Part shown: positions 41,771 through 56,880 of the stretch, in pieces | Layout: every line of letters begins with the position of its first letter | Numbering within the stretch: position 1 is the stretch's first letter | Assembly: GCA_951406725.2 (NCBI GenBank) | Contig: OX597824.1 | Location: forward strand, 16,430,001-16,494,000 | DNA from: Octopus vulgaris | Lineage: Eukaryota | DNA length: 64,000 nucleotides | Reading direction: 5' to 3' | Program-made: the position numbers and the translations under genes | Notes under the pieces: model-generated | What the model was told of the DNA's origin: nothing | The model's input: only the letters and a program-made list of their open reading frames with translations | Databases searched by the model: none

Positions 41771-42830
41771 ACCGCTTTCAGATATTTGCGGTTTGAATTA
41801 ACTGAAGGTATTTTACCAGTGAACATTCCTTGTAACCCTTCAATTTCTTCTATGAGACTGGATGAATAAGAAATTTTAAATCAGTACTACAAACAGCTCA
41901 GAACTAGGGTTTTCCCTTAAAATAAAACTAACTACCGGTTCTCTTGTCATGAACATTCGTAGGATGCATCCTATGAGTTTGCTGCATTTAATGGTTAGTT
42001 TGAAAATGCATCATTTGACATCATTACACCTAAGTCCTGTATGTCATTAGTGCTCTGAATCATTGTTATCCCGTGTGAAATATTGCGATTTGGGTGATTT
42101 CGTTTGTAATGAAGAAGCTGAAATTTTGATGCACTAATTTTCGTATTTTTTCTGGTTTAGCTCCTAGCCATCGATATTCTTTTGTAATTCATTCCCTGAT
42201 GTATACGACGTATTACAGGTAACTTAGAGAGAAATTTATTTGCAGTAATAGTTTGACTCCTACCATATTGGGAGTTAAAGACTTTTCCTGTGATACCAAG
42301 ATTTCTTAAATCATAACAGATGATTCCATGATCAGTCTTGTCAAATGCTTTAACAATATCAAGGTTTTAACAGTCAATGATCTTTCCCCTTAAGAGATTA
42401 TTAGAGGTAGTGTTATAATGCTGTAAGAGTTGTGACAGGCAACTTCGTTCAGTCCGAAAGCTATACCGAGTGTCATCTAAGTTGTTTTCCTCCAGGTATG
42501 TTATTACTTTTTGTCTTCGGACAAGGCGTTGGATAATTTTAGACGTGTAAGACGTGAGGGAAACGGGTCTGTAGTTTTTAGCTTCAACACTGCTACCTCC
42601 TTTGTTCCTATATAGGTTTTATTATAGCTTCTTTTAATAGTCTCGGGAATATGGCGGTATCTGGCGACTTTTGAAACAGTACCTTTAATGATTTCATGAG
42701 GTGTTTTTTGCACGTTTTTTAGCAATATAACTGGAATACTATTTGGTACAGATGCTGAGTTTGGGCCTACATCTTTAATAGTCGCAAGTATATCAACTTC
42801 CATGATATTAATTTTAAGTTGTGTCTCTGC
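41771..42830 (-). pseudogene. Old CR1/L2-group LINE RT remnant
   Basis: Minus strand SFRTERSCLSQLLQHY, LDIVKAFDKTDHG, QDLGVMM, GCILRMFMTR, EIEGLQGMFT, with many stops. Confidence 0.75.
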
Positions 42831-42849
42831 ACTTGAGTTGTGGGATCAA

Positions 42850-43565
42850 AGAATTCGTTTGGATTATGCACGGGGCTGCGATACGGACAGAGAATGCGGC
42901 CTTCCGCCTGTTGAAACGAAAGTGGCGGGGATGGAGTTTGCGATCATGCCCACGATGACCTCTATTCGGCGCAGGAGTGAAAATCTCCGCAAATGGTAGG
43001 TTTACATGTCTGTTGAAGATGTTGAAAGTCGGATGAGATCTCCCTGCATCCTCCATCGTATGAGTGAAGGCAATGCCAGCCGTCGGAGATGTTCCTCTTA
43101 CGCAAGCTTAGACAAGCCCGCGCCCATTCGGGTGGCCAAGTGCTGAACCCATTCCAGGTACTGAATGTCTTTCTGGCGATATGACTTTGAGGTATGGATG
43201 TAATATTCGAGGATGGGTCGAACTAGAGTGATATATACAAGCCAAAAGACGTCCATTGAAAGGTTAGCAAAGGATCGGTGGATGAGGTAAAGATTCCTTC
43301 TGGCTTTGTTCGCCGCCTCGATACCCTGCCGTGGTAGTTTGAAAGTAGAATCGATCATTATGCTGAGATTCTTTTCTTTAGTGACCATCTTAAGATGTTG
43401 ATGTTTGTGGCCAATAGTCAAGGGAGAGTTTGGAGGTGAACCTATTGGCAAATGGCTGCATTTTGAGGCGTTCAAGTTCAGATTCCATTCTTCCACCCAA
43501 TTCCAAGCTCGGTTCAGCAACAATTGGAGAATGTCATATTGATTCCTAGGTGAGACAAGTTTGAC
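42850..43565 (-). pseudogene. CR1-like LINE ORF2 C-terminal fragment
   Basis: WNLNLNASKC, ANKARRNLYLIHRSF, LVRPILEY, LEWVQHLATRM, RGHDRKL...RKAAFSVR. Confidence 0.88.
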
Positions 43566-43970
43566 AAGGGGCTAAACACAGAGAGGACAAACAAGGACAG
43601 ACAAACGGATTAAGTCGATTACATCGGCCCCAGTGCGTAACTGGTACTTAATTTATCGACCCCGAAAGGATGAAAGGCAAAGTCGACCTCGGCGGAATTT
43701 GAACTCAGAACGTAACGGCAGACGAACTACCTATTTCTTTACTACCCACAAGGGGCTAAACACAGAGGACAGACAAACAAGGACAGACAAACGGATTAAG
43801 TCGATTACATCGGCCCCAGTGCGTAACTGGTACTTAATTTATCGACCCCGAAAGGATGAAAGGCAAAGTCGACCTCGGCGGAATTTGAACTCAGAACGTA
43901 GCGGCAGACGAAATACCTACCGCTACGCATTTCGCCCGATGTGCTAACGATTCTGCCATCTCACCGCCTT
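43566..43970 (-). mobile_element. SINE family B, two tandem core units
   Basis: Two near-identical ~183-bp units plus head. Confidence 0.9.
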
Positions 43971-44334
43971 TTTAATGATTCAGATTATTGTTAGGAGTAA
44001 ACGCATAATCTCTTACTTGAAAGACTAATCAGTTTTGATAAAGGGACGGATCAAGTTATGCAAAATATATAAAATGGAGTAAGTTGATCAGAGATTATGG
44101 TAAGTTGCTATACCGGAGGGGACAGATCTAACTCTAAATTCTATACCAGCTCATATTACGAGAGAGTGACAGACGCGGTAAATTGAATTAGTCTTCGCTG
44201 GCAAACTACGTTATAGATAAGAGATGAACGCTAATCAATTTGGCTTTATTTTCTGAAATCAGTCCTTCGGTTTCATAAATACATGCATTGCATGAGAGCA
44301 TCTTCTCCCTACTGGCTTACCAATAAATATCGTG

Positions 44335-44372
44335 ACCGCCACAACCACAACCACCACCACCACCGCTAATAC

Positions 44373-44414
<42 letters not shown>

Positions 44415-44533
44415 AACCGCCGCCACCAACACCACCACCACTACTACTACTACCGCCGCCGCCACCACCACTACTACTATTACTACTACTACTACTACCA
44501 CCGCCACCACCGCCACCACCACCACCACCATCG

Positions 44534-44580
<47 letters not shown>

Positions 44581-44744
44581 GCCACCACCGCCACCACCAC
44601 CACCACCGCTACTACTACTACTACTACTACTACTATTACTACTACTACTACTATCACCACCACCACTACTGCCACCACCACCACTACTGCCACCACAACC
44701 ACTACTACTACTACCACCACCACCACCGCCACCACCACCACCGC

Positions 44745-44777
<33 letters not shown>

Positions 44778-44830
44778 AACTACTACTACAAATGATGTTG
44801 GTGATGATGATTATGATGATGATGATGTGG
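44335..44830. repeat. (ACT)n/(ACC)n trinucleotide block
   Basis: Direct inspection; the poly-Thr and poly-Val ORFs are artefacts. Confidence 0.93.
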
Positions 44831-45542
44831 AGGAAGATGAGGGTTTCTATAATTTGGCAAGAGAGGCGACCGATGAGGGATACATAAAAAAAGCAACGTT
44901 ATTATTTGGTAGAGGGGCAGTTACATAAAATCGAACAAGAGGAGGAGGAGAAGAACGACTTCAACATCAACAACAACAACAATGATAACAATATTTTACA
45001 ATAAATCTGCCTTAGCAACGTTGATCATCGAATTCGCTTAATGGAAATATTAGTCATGGTGACGGAGGAGGCGATGGTGGTTACAATATAATGGCGGCAG
45101 AGGTGGCGGCGGCGGCGGCGGCGGCGGCGATGGTCGTGGTGGGTCTTGGAGCGGTGCTAGTGGTTGAGGTAGTTTTAGGACAGGCAGTTATTACATTTGA
45201 AACAATATGCAGTGTGTTCTACTCAAATGAACTGCAAAATAATTTTGCCTTTCAGCTAAATTCAATTTTCAACTTGCTTACAATATCATATCGCCACTTA
45301 AGAGCTGGTTGTTAAGAATGTGACATGTTTAGCGTTCTCCTCCGGCAACCGGTGTCGGTTTCCACTGGGATATTTTAAGGTGAGGACAAAAGGACACACG
45401 CACGTACACACACACACACAGAGAGGCACACACACACACGCACACTCACATACACATACATATGTGTGTGAATATATAAATATATATGTACGTATATATG
45501 CATGTATGTATATGTATATATATATATATGTATGTATATATG

Positions 45543-45590
<48 letters not shown>

Positions 45591-45677
45591 CACATATATA
45601 TACATACGTACATATATATATTTATACACATACACATTTATATAAATCATGTATGCGCATACATACATATATATAAA

Positions 45678-45720
45678 CTAGCAGAGATACCCGGCGTTGC
45701 CCGGTTACATTCAGTTGAAG
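45678..45720 (-). mobile_element. Helitron-type 3' terminus (5' extent unresolved)
   Basis: a|ctagcagagatacccggcgttgcccgg resembles the termini at 24140-24167 and 57422-57450. Confidence 0.6.
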
Positions 45721-46274
45721 AATTAGACTTTTCTGTTATATCTTCTGTAATGAACTGGAATATCTATGTTTCGAATTTCATCAAAATTGCATATGAGGGT
45801 TATTTCCCTCTTTACACACCCTAAAAAAATTGTAATCATGCCACATGTATCCCATACTGCTGATTTTTATGCGCATATTCCAAAATTCCAGTCGTATTGA
45901 ACATGTTAAAAAAATTTTGCTCCTGAAAAATGAAGGTCATGGAGCTCTAAAATGTGAGAGTTAAGGCCCCTGTTGGGGGTGGGCATCTTAATGTCAACCA
46001 GAAAAGTTGAATTGTTGAAAATCTTTTTAACTTGGGTCTTATATCTATTGTTTGAATTTCTTTGAAATATGGAATATATGTTCACTGGGTTTGTAAAAGA
46101 GAGCAAAGCTACAGGAAACCAAAAGACGAATGGTCACAATACCCTAGTCGTTACCACTCCCAATGTAGGATTCCTCACCATCCAGATGACAGGCACATCC
46201 GTAAATGCATTACGAATCTATAGCAATTGGAAGGGCGTGACCCAACTGAAATCATATATATATATATATATATA

Positions 46275-46480
46275 TGGTCAGGACGCCATGATAGATCGTT
46301 AGCTCCTACACGCATCTTTTTCTCTCCTTGTTTTTTTCTGTGTATCTTTCTGTCGAAGAGCGTAGTTTCGAAACGTAAAAGACTTTTTCTATTTCTATTC
46401 CTCAGCGCTATACTAGTACATTTGTTTGTTTGTATTCCACCTGCCTTCGTCTCTTGTTTATTTTCGTAAACTTTCCCATT
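46275..46480 (+). mobile_element. Penelope-like pLTR module with A6U hammerhead-like motif (46345-46382)
   Basis: tcttt-CTGTCGA-a-gagc(gtag)tttc-GAAA-cGTA-aaaga; flanked by (TA)n. Confidence 0.6.
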
Positions 46481-46502
46481 ATATATATATATTTATACAT
46501 AC

Positions 46503-46551
<49 letters not shown>

Positions 46552-46553
<2 letters not shown>

Positions 46554-46776
46554 AAATGTGATTCAAAATGTGACTGCGTGTGTACCGTTCGCGATTTTTT
46601 TTCCTCCGTCTTCCCTTCTTTGGATCTTTCCTTTTCCTATGTTTCTGACGAAGAGCTCCGCTCGAAACGTTGAACCCTCCTTCTTTCCTTATTTCCCGAG
46701 CGTCCAATAATACTATGCTTGATCCACGTCCTCGCGTTGTTGTGTTTTCTCTTTGTGTTTTCATGTTTGGATTAAA
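46552..46776 (+). mobile_element. Penelope-like pLTR module in (TA)n
   Basis: Homologous to 336-527; carries an intact hammerhead. Confidence 0.65.
46641..46675 (+). ncRNA. Minimal type I hammerhead ribozyme
   Basis: gttt-CTGACGA-a-gagc(tcc)gctc-GAAA-cGTT-gaac. Confidence 0.8.
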
Positions 46777-47046
46777 TATATATATATATATATATATATG
46801 CATATACATATATCTATATATGTATATGCATGCATATACATATATCTATGTATGTCTATGTATGTCTATGCATGCATGTATATACGTGAGTGGTGTGTAT
46901 GTGCGTGCGTATGTGAATGACACTAGGAGGAAAATGAGTATGACACTATAAGGGAAAGACAACAGCAAACACATTAATATATATACATATATATATATGT
47001 ATATATATCTGTGTTTATGTGTATATACCTATAGATATGGATATGT

Positions 47047-47085
<39 letters not shown>

Positions 47086-47117
47086 CATATATCATCCACT
47101 TGTACACATGCAGAAGG

Positions 47118-47148
<31 letters not shown>

Positions 47149-47187
47149 AGTGTGTGTGTGTATGTGTGTGAGTGTTTGCATGCATAA

Positions 47188-47250
<63 letters not shown>

Positions 47251-47253
47251 CAT

Positions 47254-47288
<35 letters not shown>

Positions 47289-48107
47289 CAGATACACTCT
47301 TACATGCATACTAAGAATCACATACACACACATGTACATGTATGCTTATGTGTGTACAAGTGTGTCTCTGCTTATAAAGTGAGATACAAAGTGACATACA
47401 AAACTAGAAAGAGAGAGAGTGAAAGAGAGAGAACAAGATTTTGTGAGGGAGATATTTTCGACAATTTAACTGAACTTTGAAAGATTCGAAGAAATTTGAG
47501 ACGTAAAGTGATGTAAAGAGATTAGTTCCTTACAAGAATAATGACAATTTTACCAATAATAGTTTGGCAGCTAATATTTCCGACATTATCACTTATGGCA
47601 GCGCATTGATTGATAATGCCAAAACAATTTGAGATATTTAAAGAGGGGCACTGTGTTAGGAATGCGGTACTATTACTGGGAAAATGGTACGAAGACAGGA
47701 ATAAGAGACAAAAAAGGGGGGAAAAATAATAAGGAGGGAGTTAGTTAGAGCAGGGATTCTCAGGCTTTCTTGTTACAAAATACAGCGAACATGGTGATAA
47801 TGATGTGGCATCACACCATTTTCCATATCCATGAATACGTGTGTTTTATCTTTTAATTGTTTTGGTCCTTAAACTGCTGCCGTGCTGGGAGAACACCTTG
47901 AAGAATTTTTAGTTGATCGAATCGCCCACAGACCTTTTTTAATTTTTAAAGCCTTTTACATATCTGTCGGGGTTGTCAGGATGTCGTGGGGGCCAAACAC
48001 AGACACAAGGACACACACACACACATATATGCATATCCCGACGAAGGGGATCGTGAAACTCTGAATAACAGTTTGTGTAATATTTTTGCTGCTTTTTAAT
48101 AACACAC

Positions 48108-48192
<85 letters not shown>

Positions 48193-48252
48193 AACATTAA
48201 TATTTCTAAGTCTCTCTGAAGGAGACTACGGCAGCGGTACTAGATCTTAATA

Positions 48253-48418
48253 GTTATCGCCAAGCTAACACGGCAGTCCCACCTCCACTCTGTTCGAAGG
48301 TTATAATGGGCACAGGTTCGTGTGTCACATAGCTAGCTAGAGGTGATGGCCTATTGGAGTTAATTAACGGCAGCATTCATCCTATTTTTCTGGACTGCCA
48401 TGTTAGCTTGGCGATAAC
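48253..48418. repeat. 27-bp inverted repeats, 112-bp spacer
   Basis: gttatcgccaagctaacacggcagtcc / ggactgccatgttagcttggcgataac, one mismatch. Confidence 0.85.
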
Positions 48419-48424
48419 AATACA

Positions 48425-48885
48425 CACAGGTGGTGTAGACAACAGATGTATTTGTATAACGTTCGGGAAGTGAAAATGTCCTTAACGTTTCGAGCCTACG
48501 CTCTTCCACAGAAAGGAACACAGAAAGAAACAAGGAGAGAAAATATAGGTGTAGTGGCTAGCGATCTATCATGGCGAATGCCGAACAGAAGGGTCACACA
48601 GTAGAGCTAGGGAGAAGGGGAGATAATAAAGTAGTGATGATCCCAAAACGAAGGTGCGCATACGTGTGTATAAGAGAGTTTGTATGTGCATGTGGAAGAG
48701 GGCTGGTGTTCTTGACGTGTCCGTGTGTGCATGTGTAAGTGTGAAAATGTGGGGCTGGGAAGTGGTCAGTGCTGGTGTGTGCGTGGTGGTGTGTTGTGAT
48801 GTGCTGTGCTGTGTGGTTTAGACCCATAACTTGTGAGTGAAATTGGGTTGACAGAAGACGTTTATAAAGCCTGGTAGGTTGATTG
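48425..48885 (-). mobile_element. Penelope-like element 3' region with A6U hammerhead-like motif (48480-48516)
   Basis: Same motif as 20901-20937; upstream minus-strand ...VMGLNH weakly resembles the GLN end of PLE GIY-YIG domains. Confidence 0.55.
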
Positions 48886-49010
48886 TAATTGTAATTTTAG
48901 AGTTAGAACCTTGCCTTTCTGTGTGTCACAGTGATTCCGCTGGAGATTTTTGTTTAAGGGCATACGTATCAGTAGAATCCTCATTCATGTGTACATTAAT
49001 TCAAGAGCGT

Positions 49011-49387
49011 GGAGGCGCAATGGCCCAGTGGTTAGGGCAGCAGACTCGCGGTCATAGGATCGCGGTTTCGATTCCCAGACCGGGCATTGTGAGTGTTCAT
49101 TAAGTGAAAACACCTAAAAGCTCCACGAGGCTCCGGCAGGGGATGGTGGTGATCCCTGCTGTACTCTTTCACCACAACTTTCTCTCACTTCCTGTTTCTG
49201 TTGTACCTGTATTCCAAGGGGCCGGCCTTGAAACTCTCTGTGTCACGCTGAATATCCCCGAGAACTACGTTAAGGGTACACGTGTCTGTGGAGTGCTCAG
49301 CCACTTACACGTTAATTTTACGAGCAGGCTGTTCCGTTGATTCGGATCAACCCGAACCCTCATCGTCGTAACCGACGGAGTGCTTCC
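49011..49387 (+). mobile_element. SINE family C, full length
   Basis: A box tggcccagtgg, B box ggtttcgattccc, tail ...cctcatcgtcgtaaccgacggagtgc. Confidence 0.88.
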
Positions 49388-49721
49388 ATAAATTCAAGAG
49401 CAGGTAATTCAGTTGATCAAACAATAAAATCTTCGTTGTCGAACGAACAGGATCCACCACAACAATGTATATGTAATCATGTCCTTTGCCGTAAAGAAAT
49501 ACATCAATTCTGGTTTATCACGGGAGTTTTGCTCCAATATACAGAGTATTAAATGAATCAGAGATAGATGAATAATAGAACACATGGGGGCAATAGGGTG
49601 TTTTTCCGGGACCTCAATTTATCCTGAGCATTGTGGATTTTCGCTAGAGCATGCTTTTGCAGTCCAAGCAGGAATCTTTGATTGATCGCCGTCTTGTGTT
49701 ACCACAGATCAGTCCGTGATA

Positions 49722-49950
49722 AGCGACCTGGCAGAAACGTTAGCACGCCGGGCGAAATGCGTAGCCGTAATTTCGTCTGCCGTTACGTTCTGAGTTCAAA
49801 TTCTGCCGAGGTCGACTTTGCCTTTCATCCTTTCGGGGTCGATTAAATAAGCACCAGTTACGCACTGGGGTGGATATAATCGACTTAATCCGTTTGTCTG
49901 TCCTTGTTTGTCCTCTCTGTGTTTTAGCCCCTTGTGGGTAGTAAAGAAAT
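49722..49950 (+). mobile_element. SINE family B, single unit
   Basis: Head ctggcagaaacgttagcacgccgggcgaaatgc plus one core. Confidence 0.88.
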
Positions 49951-50457
49951 ATATAAGCATAACGCGATTCCCAACTGGAAGTACCGCTAACCTGGGTCAG
50001 TGAATAAAAATAAATAAACAGAGATAAACGTGGATATATATATACTTCGGAACTAATAATGTACATTGAAATTATAGATGTCTTTCCGTCTTTTGTAGCA
50101 ATGTTATTTCCCGTTTCACCTCAGAAGCTCGTAGCACAAAATTATGCAATCTCACAGTGGTTTAAAATTCTTTAGACGTTAGAATATGATCAACAAGACT
50201 ATTGTTTAACAACATATATTTCATTGAAGTCGGTGGCCATTAAGAAACCATTAATAGTGGCGGCAAATTGGGCGAGCGTTTAGAGCGTTTCCATATTTTA
50301 TTTCTTCACTCCCATTTTTTTCATCGTCGCCATCATACTTCTCATCGTTGCTATCTGAGTTGAAATTTAAAATGCATTGTGTGTTTCATTGTCATAAAAC
50401 TTTCCCATCGCACACCAACTGACATCAATGTTTTGTTTTTAAAACATTTCTATTACA

Positions 50458-50509
<52 letters not shown>

Positions 50510-50535
50510 GAGTAAGAGAGCAGTGCATGCCATCA

Positions 50536-50586
<51 letters not shown>

Positions 50587-50612
50587 GAGTAAGAGAGCAG
50601 TGCATGCCATCA
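50510..50612 (-). mobile_element. Two ~26-bp terminal stubs of the (TAA)n-embedded retroposon
   Basis: gagtaagagagcagtgcatgccatcaa at 50510 and 50587 inside (TTA)n. Confidence 0.75.
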
Positions 50613-50725
<113 letters not shown>

Positions 50726-51201
50726 GCTGTGTTTCAATCTGAACAACTTATTTTCGCCTTGTATTTTTGCTTTATATTGGTCGCCATGAATTATCCAAAT
50801 TATTTCAACTACGCTTGTTATTCTTTACTCCACTAAAACACAGAATATCTATTGACCAAATACTATTGTTTCAAATGTAACACCGTCCTTCTTGCTTAAT
50901 GGACGCCAACAAGCCTGTTTCCTTTCGCAGACTCAATGTGTTTCAATGAAGATTTTGTTATTTTTATTTGTACTAGAATTCCTGCTGTTGTTATTATTAG
51001 ATAAAGAGCCACATGACTTTGGCAAACACAGAATATGGAATGGAATAAAAGGAAGAATTCGGCACCAGTGAATCGATGACCATCTGTATCTTACTGAGTG
51101 ATAGTTCTGTGCTTATATCTGTGTAGTTTTGTGTGAGTGTGTATGTATGTATCTGTGTGTCTGTGTATCTATGCCTGTCGGTTTATACATACATACATAC
51201 A

Positions 51202-51251
<50 letters not shown>

Positions 51252-51284
51252 CATACATACATATATATAAATAAATATATATAT

Positions 51285-51330
<46 letters not shown>

Positions 51331-52467
51331 TATGTGTGTGCTTGTATGCATGTGTGTATCTACGTATATGTTTGTACTTGTATGTAATTTAAATGTTCAT
51401 ATATGGTATACACATGGCGATGTAAGTGCGTTTATTTAGGTTTGCGTTTCTTTAGATGCAATTGTTTGCACATATTAACGACGTGTGTGTTACTGTATGT
51501 TTTGGGACATGTGTTTCTTTAGTACTGTTTGTGTGTGTGTGTGCCTTGATATGCGAATATACGCCCGTATGCATTTGCGGATATGTGCAAATGTGCTCGT
51601 ATATGTGTTAATATGCTTGCGTTGTGTAAGTATGTGTACGTATATGTTATTGAGTATTCATGTGTTTATAATGTGCGAGCATTGCGTGTATGTGTATGTT
51701 GTATGGCTTTATCGACACTGCATCGATGTTAGCACACGTCTGTGTGTGTATTGGGAAGAATGGCACCATTTGACGGGTATTTTAATAACTTAAAACTTGT
51801 TTCACTCATTCCGTTCTTATTTTAATGTTCTTTAACTCAATCGCCATCATGTCTATTTATTCCACATCTTTTAAGATTACAGTTACTTGAAATTATTACT
51901 GCATTATTGCTGTGTTCAAAGTACGGTTCAGCAAGGCCTTGCGAAACAATCTCTTCGAGACCACCGTTCATCCCGCGCTGTTATATGCAAGTGAGAAATA
52001 GATTTCTACTACAACGAAGAACCTTAGAGAATTATGGAAAGATCCATGTTAGAAATATCTTCGAGAGAGATAATTCCAAAACAGTGTAGTGTGAGTAATA
52101 TGATTCCAGAATACGGGAAACAAAAGTTTTCCTCGGCGGGACTTGTCATAAAAGTCGTTGATAACAAGTTGATCCGTGAAAATTGTTGAATAGCATCGGA
52201 GAGATCGGAAAAGTTTAGATCTTGAGTCTAATTTAGAAAGAAAATCTAGAGCAATTGAGTGGTGGAATCGCTAGGGTGTCCAAATACTTTGCCGTACTTC
52301 GTTCCGACAATTTTCGTACTTGGGACAAATGCTGCTGGAGTCAACTTCGCCTTCCAAGTCGATGAAATAAAATACTGACCGACTATTAGATGAAATTTGA
52401 TCTACCAACTCCTCTCATAAATTTCACGTCTATACATATGATACTCGCAATTTGTGAGACTGGGAAA

Positions 52468-53085
52468 GCGGTGAGCTGGAAGAAACGTTAGCACGTCGGG
52501 CGAAATGTGTAGCCGTATTTCGTCTGCCGTTACGTTCTGAGTTCAAATTCCACCGAGGTCAACTTTGCCTTTCATCCTTTCGGGGTCGATTAAATAAGTA
52601 CCAGTTAGGCACTGGGCTCGATATAATCGACTTAATCTGTTTGTTTGTCCTTGTTTATCCTCTCTGCTTTTAGCCCCTTGAGGGCAGTAAAGAAATAGGT
52701 TTTTCGTCTGCCGTTTCGTTCTGAGTTCAAATTCCACCGAGGTCAACTTTGCCTTTCATCCTTTCGGGGTCGATTAAATAAGTACCAGTTACGCACTGGG
52801 GTTGATGTAATCGACTTAATCCGTTTGTCTGTCCTTGTTTGTCCCCTCTGTGTTCAGCCCCCTGTGGGCAATAAAGAAATAAGAAACGTTAGCACGCCGG
52901 GCGAAATGCTTAGCGATATTTCGTCTGTCTTTACGTTCTGAGTTCAAATTCCACTAAAGTCGACTTTGCCTTTCATCCTTTCGGGGTCGATAACTTAAGT
53001 ACCATTTGCGTACTGGAGTCGATCTGATAGACTGCACCATCCCTCCCTCAAAATTTCGGGAATTGGGCCTAGACTAGAAAAGAAT
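52468..53085 (+). mobile_element. SINE family B, three tandem units
   Basis: The core gttctgagttcaaattccac...gcctttcatcctttcggggtcgat occurs three times. Confidence 0.9.
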
Positions 53086-53164
53086 TTATACGACTGGCCG
53101 AATTGACAATGTCATTAAAGTTTTAGTGAAATTATTTTATTTATTCCGGTTCCTTATATTCTGG

Positions 53165-53252
53165 TCTTGGTCCGCCCTAAGCTATAGTAGAAGACACTTG
53201 CACCAGGTGCCACGCAGTGAGACTGAACCCGGAACCATGTGGTTGGGAAGTA
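53165..53252 (-). mobile_element. SINE family A 5' fragment
   Basis: gctatagtagaagacacttg...gactgaacccggaaccatgtggttgg. Confidence 0.75.
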
Positions 53253-53469
53253 AAAAGGGATAATTGCAATGTAGAAGCATTGTCACTTGCTGGCAGTTTC
53301 TTTAAAATACACAACTAAATAAATAAATAAATCTCCTCCCGCAAATAAACAAATAAACAAAAAAAAATGACGCGGATTGGTCAAAGTTGTTAGTTTTGCT
53401 AATAAACTGAGCTGGGACTAAACTTCAAAATCAACTACATAAACTATCAGCATAACTCTCTCATCACTG

Positions 53470-53795
53470 GTACTCCGTCGGTTACGGCGATGAGGGTTTT
53501 AGTTGATTCGACCAATGGAGCAGCCTGCTCCTAAAATTAACCTGCAAGTGGTTCAGCCCTCCACAAAGAAGCGTGCTCCCAAAGTAAATTTCTCTGGCAG
53601 ATTTAGCTTGTCATAGAATGTGACAAGGTTGGCCCTTTCAATTACAAGGACAACTCATTTTCGCCAAATGTGTTGACTGAAGCAACGTGAAATAAATGTG
53701 CCTTACTGAAGGACACAATGCGCCGCCGGTTGTCGAACTAATTAATAAACTTGCCATCGTGAGCCAAAAACCTTAACGACTAAACCATGCGCCTT
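53470..53795 (-). mobile_element. Diverged family C-related SINE
   Basis: actccgtcggttacggcgatgagggt tail and ...aaccatgcgcct head. Confidence 0.65.
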
Positions 53796-54241
53796 CCCAT
53801 GCGCCTTATGACAAAGCATCCAATATTCAAATCAACAAGAAGTGGGGATTCTATATGGCTAGAAATGATATCCATGTCTCCCTGATATCACTGCGTGCCG
53901 TCTGATATTCAGCAAAGGACCGGCAGATAATTTAGTCTGGCATACTATTAGAAATACGGAATGGTCATGGCTCTTATGTCTTTGGTCATCCGACTGGGGC
54001 TAAATGATTCCGATTTTGCCACAAGGCTAGTAATTTTGAAGAGAAGGAGAGGTCAATTAGCTCCACTTTAATATATTACTGGTGCTTATTTTATCGGCCC
54101 CGAAATGATGAATAGCGAGTTCGATTCGGCAGAATATGAACACAGATAACACTAAACATGAAAAGTGCCGCTAAACATTTTGTCCGACGCGCTTATGGTT
54201 CTGCAAGTTTACCACATTGTGGGTGCTCAATGACCTTAATA

Positions 54242-54251
54242 TTATCATCAA

Positions 54252-54294
<43 letters not shown>

Positions 54295-54680
54295 GCCGTA
54301 GTCGTCGTCATCGTCGTCATCGTCATCATCATCCTCATCATCATCGTCGTCATCATCGTCATCATCAACATTATCATCATCGTCATCATCATCATCATCA
54401 TCATCGTCGTCGTCATGGTCACCACCACCACCACCACCACCACCACCACCACCACCACCACCACCACCATCATCATCATCACCATCACCATCCTCACCTC
54501 CACCACCACCACCATCTTCAGCAACATCACTACCACCATCAATACCACCACCACCACCATCATCATTATCATCATCGTCAAGGTCACCCCACCACTACCA
54601 CCATCATCGTCATCACTACCGCCATCATCATCATCATCCGCATCGCCGCCGTCGTCACCATCGTCATCATCATATACAAT
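54242..54680. repeat. (CAT)n/(CAC)n trinucleotide block
   Basis: Direct inspection. Confidence 0.93.
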
Positions 54681-55203
54681 GACACCGCCACCAACCACAG
54701 CTATATCGCCATCAAACTCAAACGCCGTAACAAGCGCTGCATTGTAATATTGTCCGGCGTACGAATGAATCACTAAAAGACGCGACTTAACGAAAGCCAG
54801 CTGCCATTTTGTTTGGTTTCTAAATATATTTACCTCGCAGCTATTGTCACTGCTGGCCTCGCTTACAGTCCCTTATTAGCCTTGTCAATCAGTCAAGTGC
54901 CGTTTCATTGGCTGAAACACTTCAAAACATGTTTGATGATTGGTTGTACAAATATTGCCTTATGGCTTTTAGTATGCTCGCCAAGTGTTCTGCGGTTTGG
55001 CACGGGATCGCTCTCGTTTTTGCCTCGCGCCTTCATTCATTTCGTTATGTTATGTTACACTTCTGGCTCCTGTACTCTCTCTCGCTTTTTCCTTTACTCT
55101 TTTACTCACTCTCTCACTCAATTTCACTCACTCAATCACTCATGCATTCAGGCATTCATGAATTTATGCACTAATCCACTCACCCACTGATTTTCGCCCC
55201 CTG

Positions 55204-55288
<85 letters not shown>

Positions 55289-55422
55289 GTCTGTCTGTCT
55301 GTCTGTCCGTCCGTCCGTCCGTCTGTCTGTCTATCTAATCACCATACACTAATCCCTTCATCCAGTCTCTTTGCTGTCACTCTATATACACATGCACGAA
55401 CACACACACATACACACATATA

Positions 55423-55453
<31 letters not shown>

Positions 55454-55566
55454 ACAAAGTGGAGTTGTAAGGTACCGCACGAGTGGAATTATATACAAAA
55501 GAAGGTTTGAAAATGCAATTTTAAAAGATGTTTATTTACTTTACCTGTTTCACTCTTCAGAAAAAG

Positions 55567-55750
55567 ATTGTCAAAAGTAACATGTAAAAGTTTAGTTGTG
55601 TTAATTATTGGTTGTCACAAAATGCTACATTACATATATACAGTCTTTGGTAACATGTTCTTGTTACCAAAGACTGTATATATGTATTGTAGCATTTTTT
55701 GACAACCAAATAATTAACACAACCAAATTTTACATGTTACTTTTGACAAT
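55567..55750. repeat. Near-perfect palindrome, ~89-bp arms, 6-nt loop
   Basis: ...cagtctttggtaaca-tgttct-tgttaccaaagactg...; outer ends attgtcaaaagtaacatgtaaaa / ttttacatgttacttttgacaat. Confidence 0.95.
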
Positions 55751-55902
55751 ACCTGCTTTTAACGTGTAAAAGACAGTGAAAGTTCTCGGGGATATTCAGT
55801 GACAAAGTAAATAAACATCAGGAAGTAGGTGAGAAAAGTGGTGAAGAGTTTTAAAATTGCACGCCGGTTTTCAAACTCTAACCACTCATTGCGCCTCCAC
55901 TC

Positions 55903-56880
<978 letters not shown>

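Noticed and set aside
44332-44928. Mucin-like Thr-rich ORF with acidic tail
   Set aside because: An (ACT)/(ACC) microsatellite plus (GAT)n; no ATG start, signal peptide or splice evidence.
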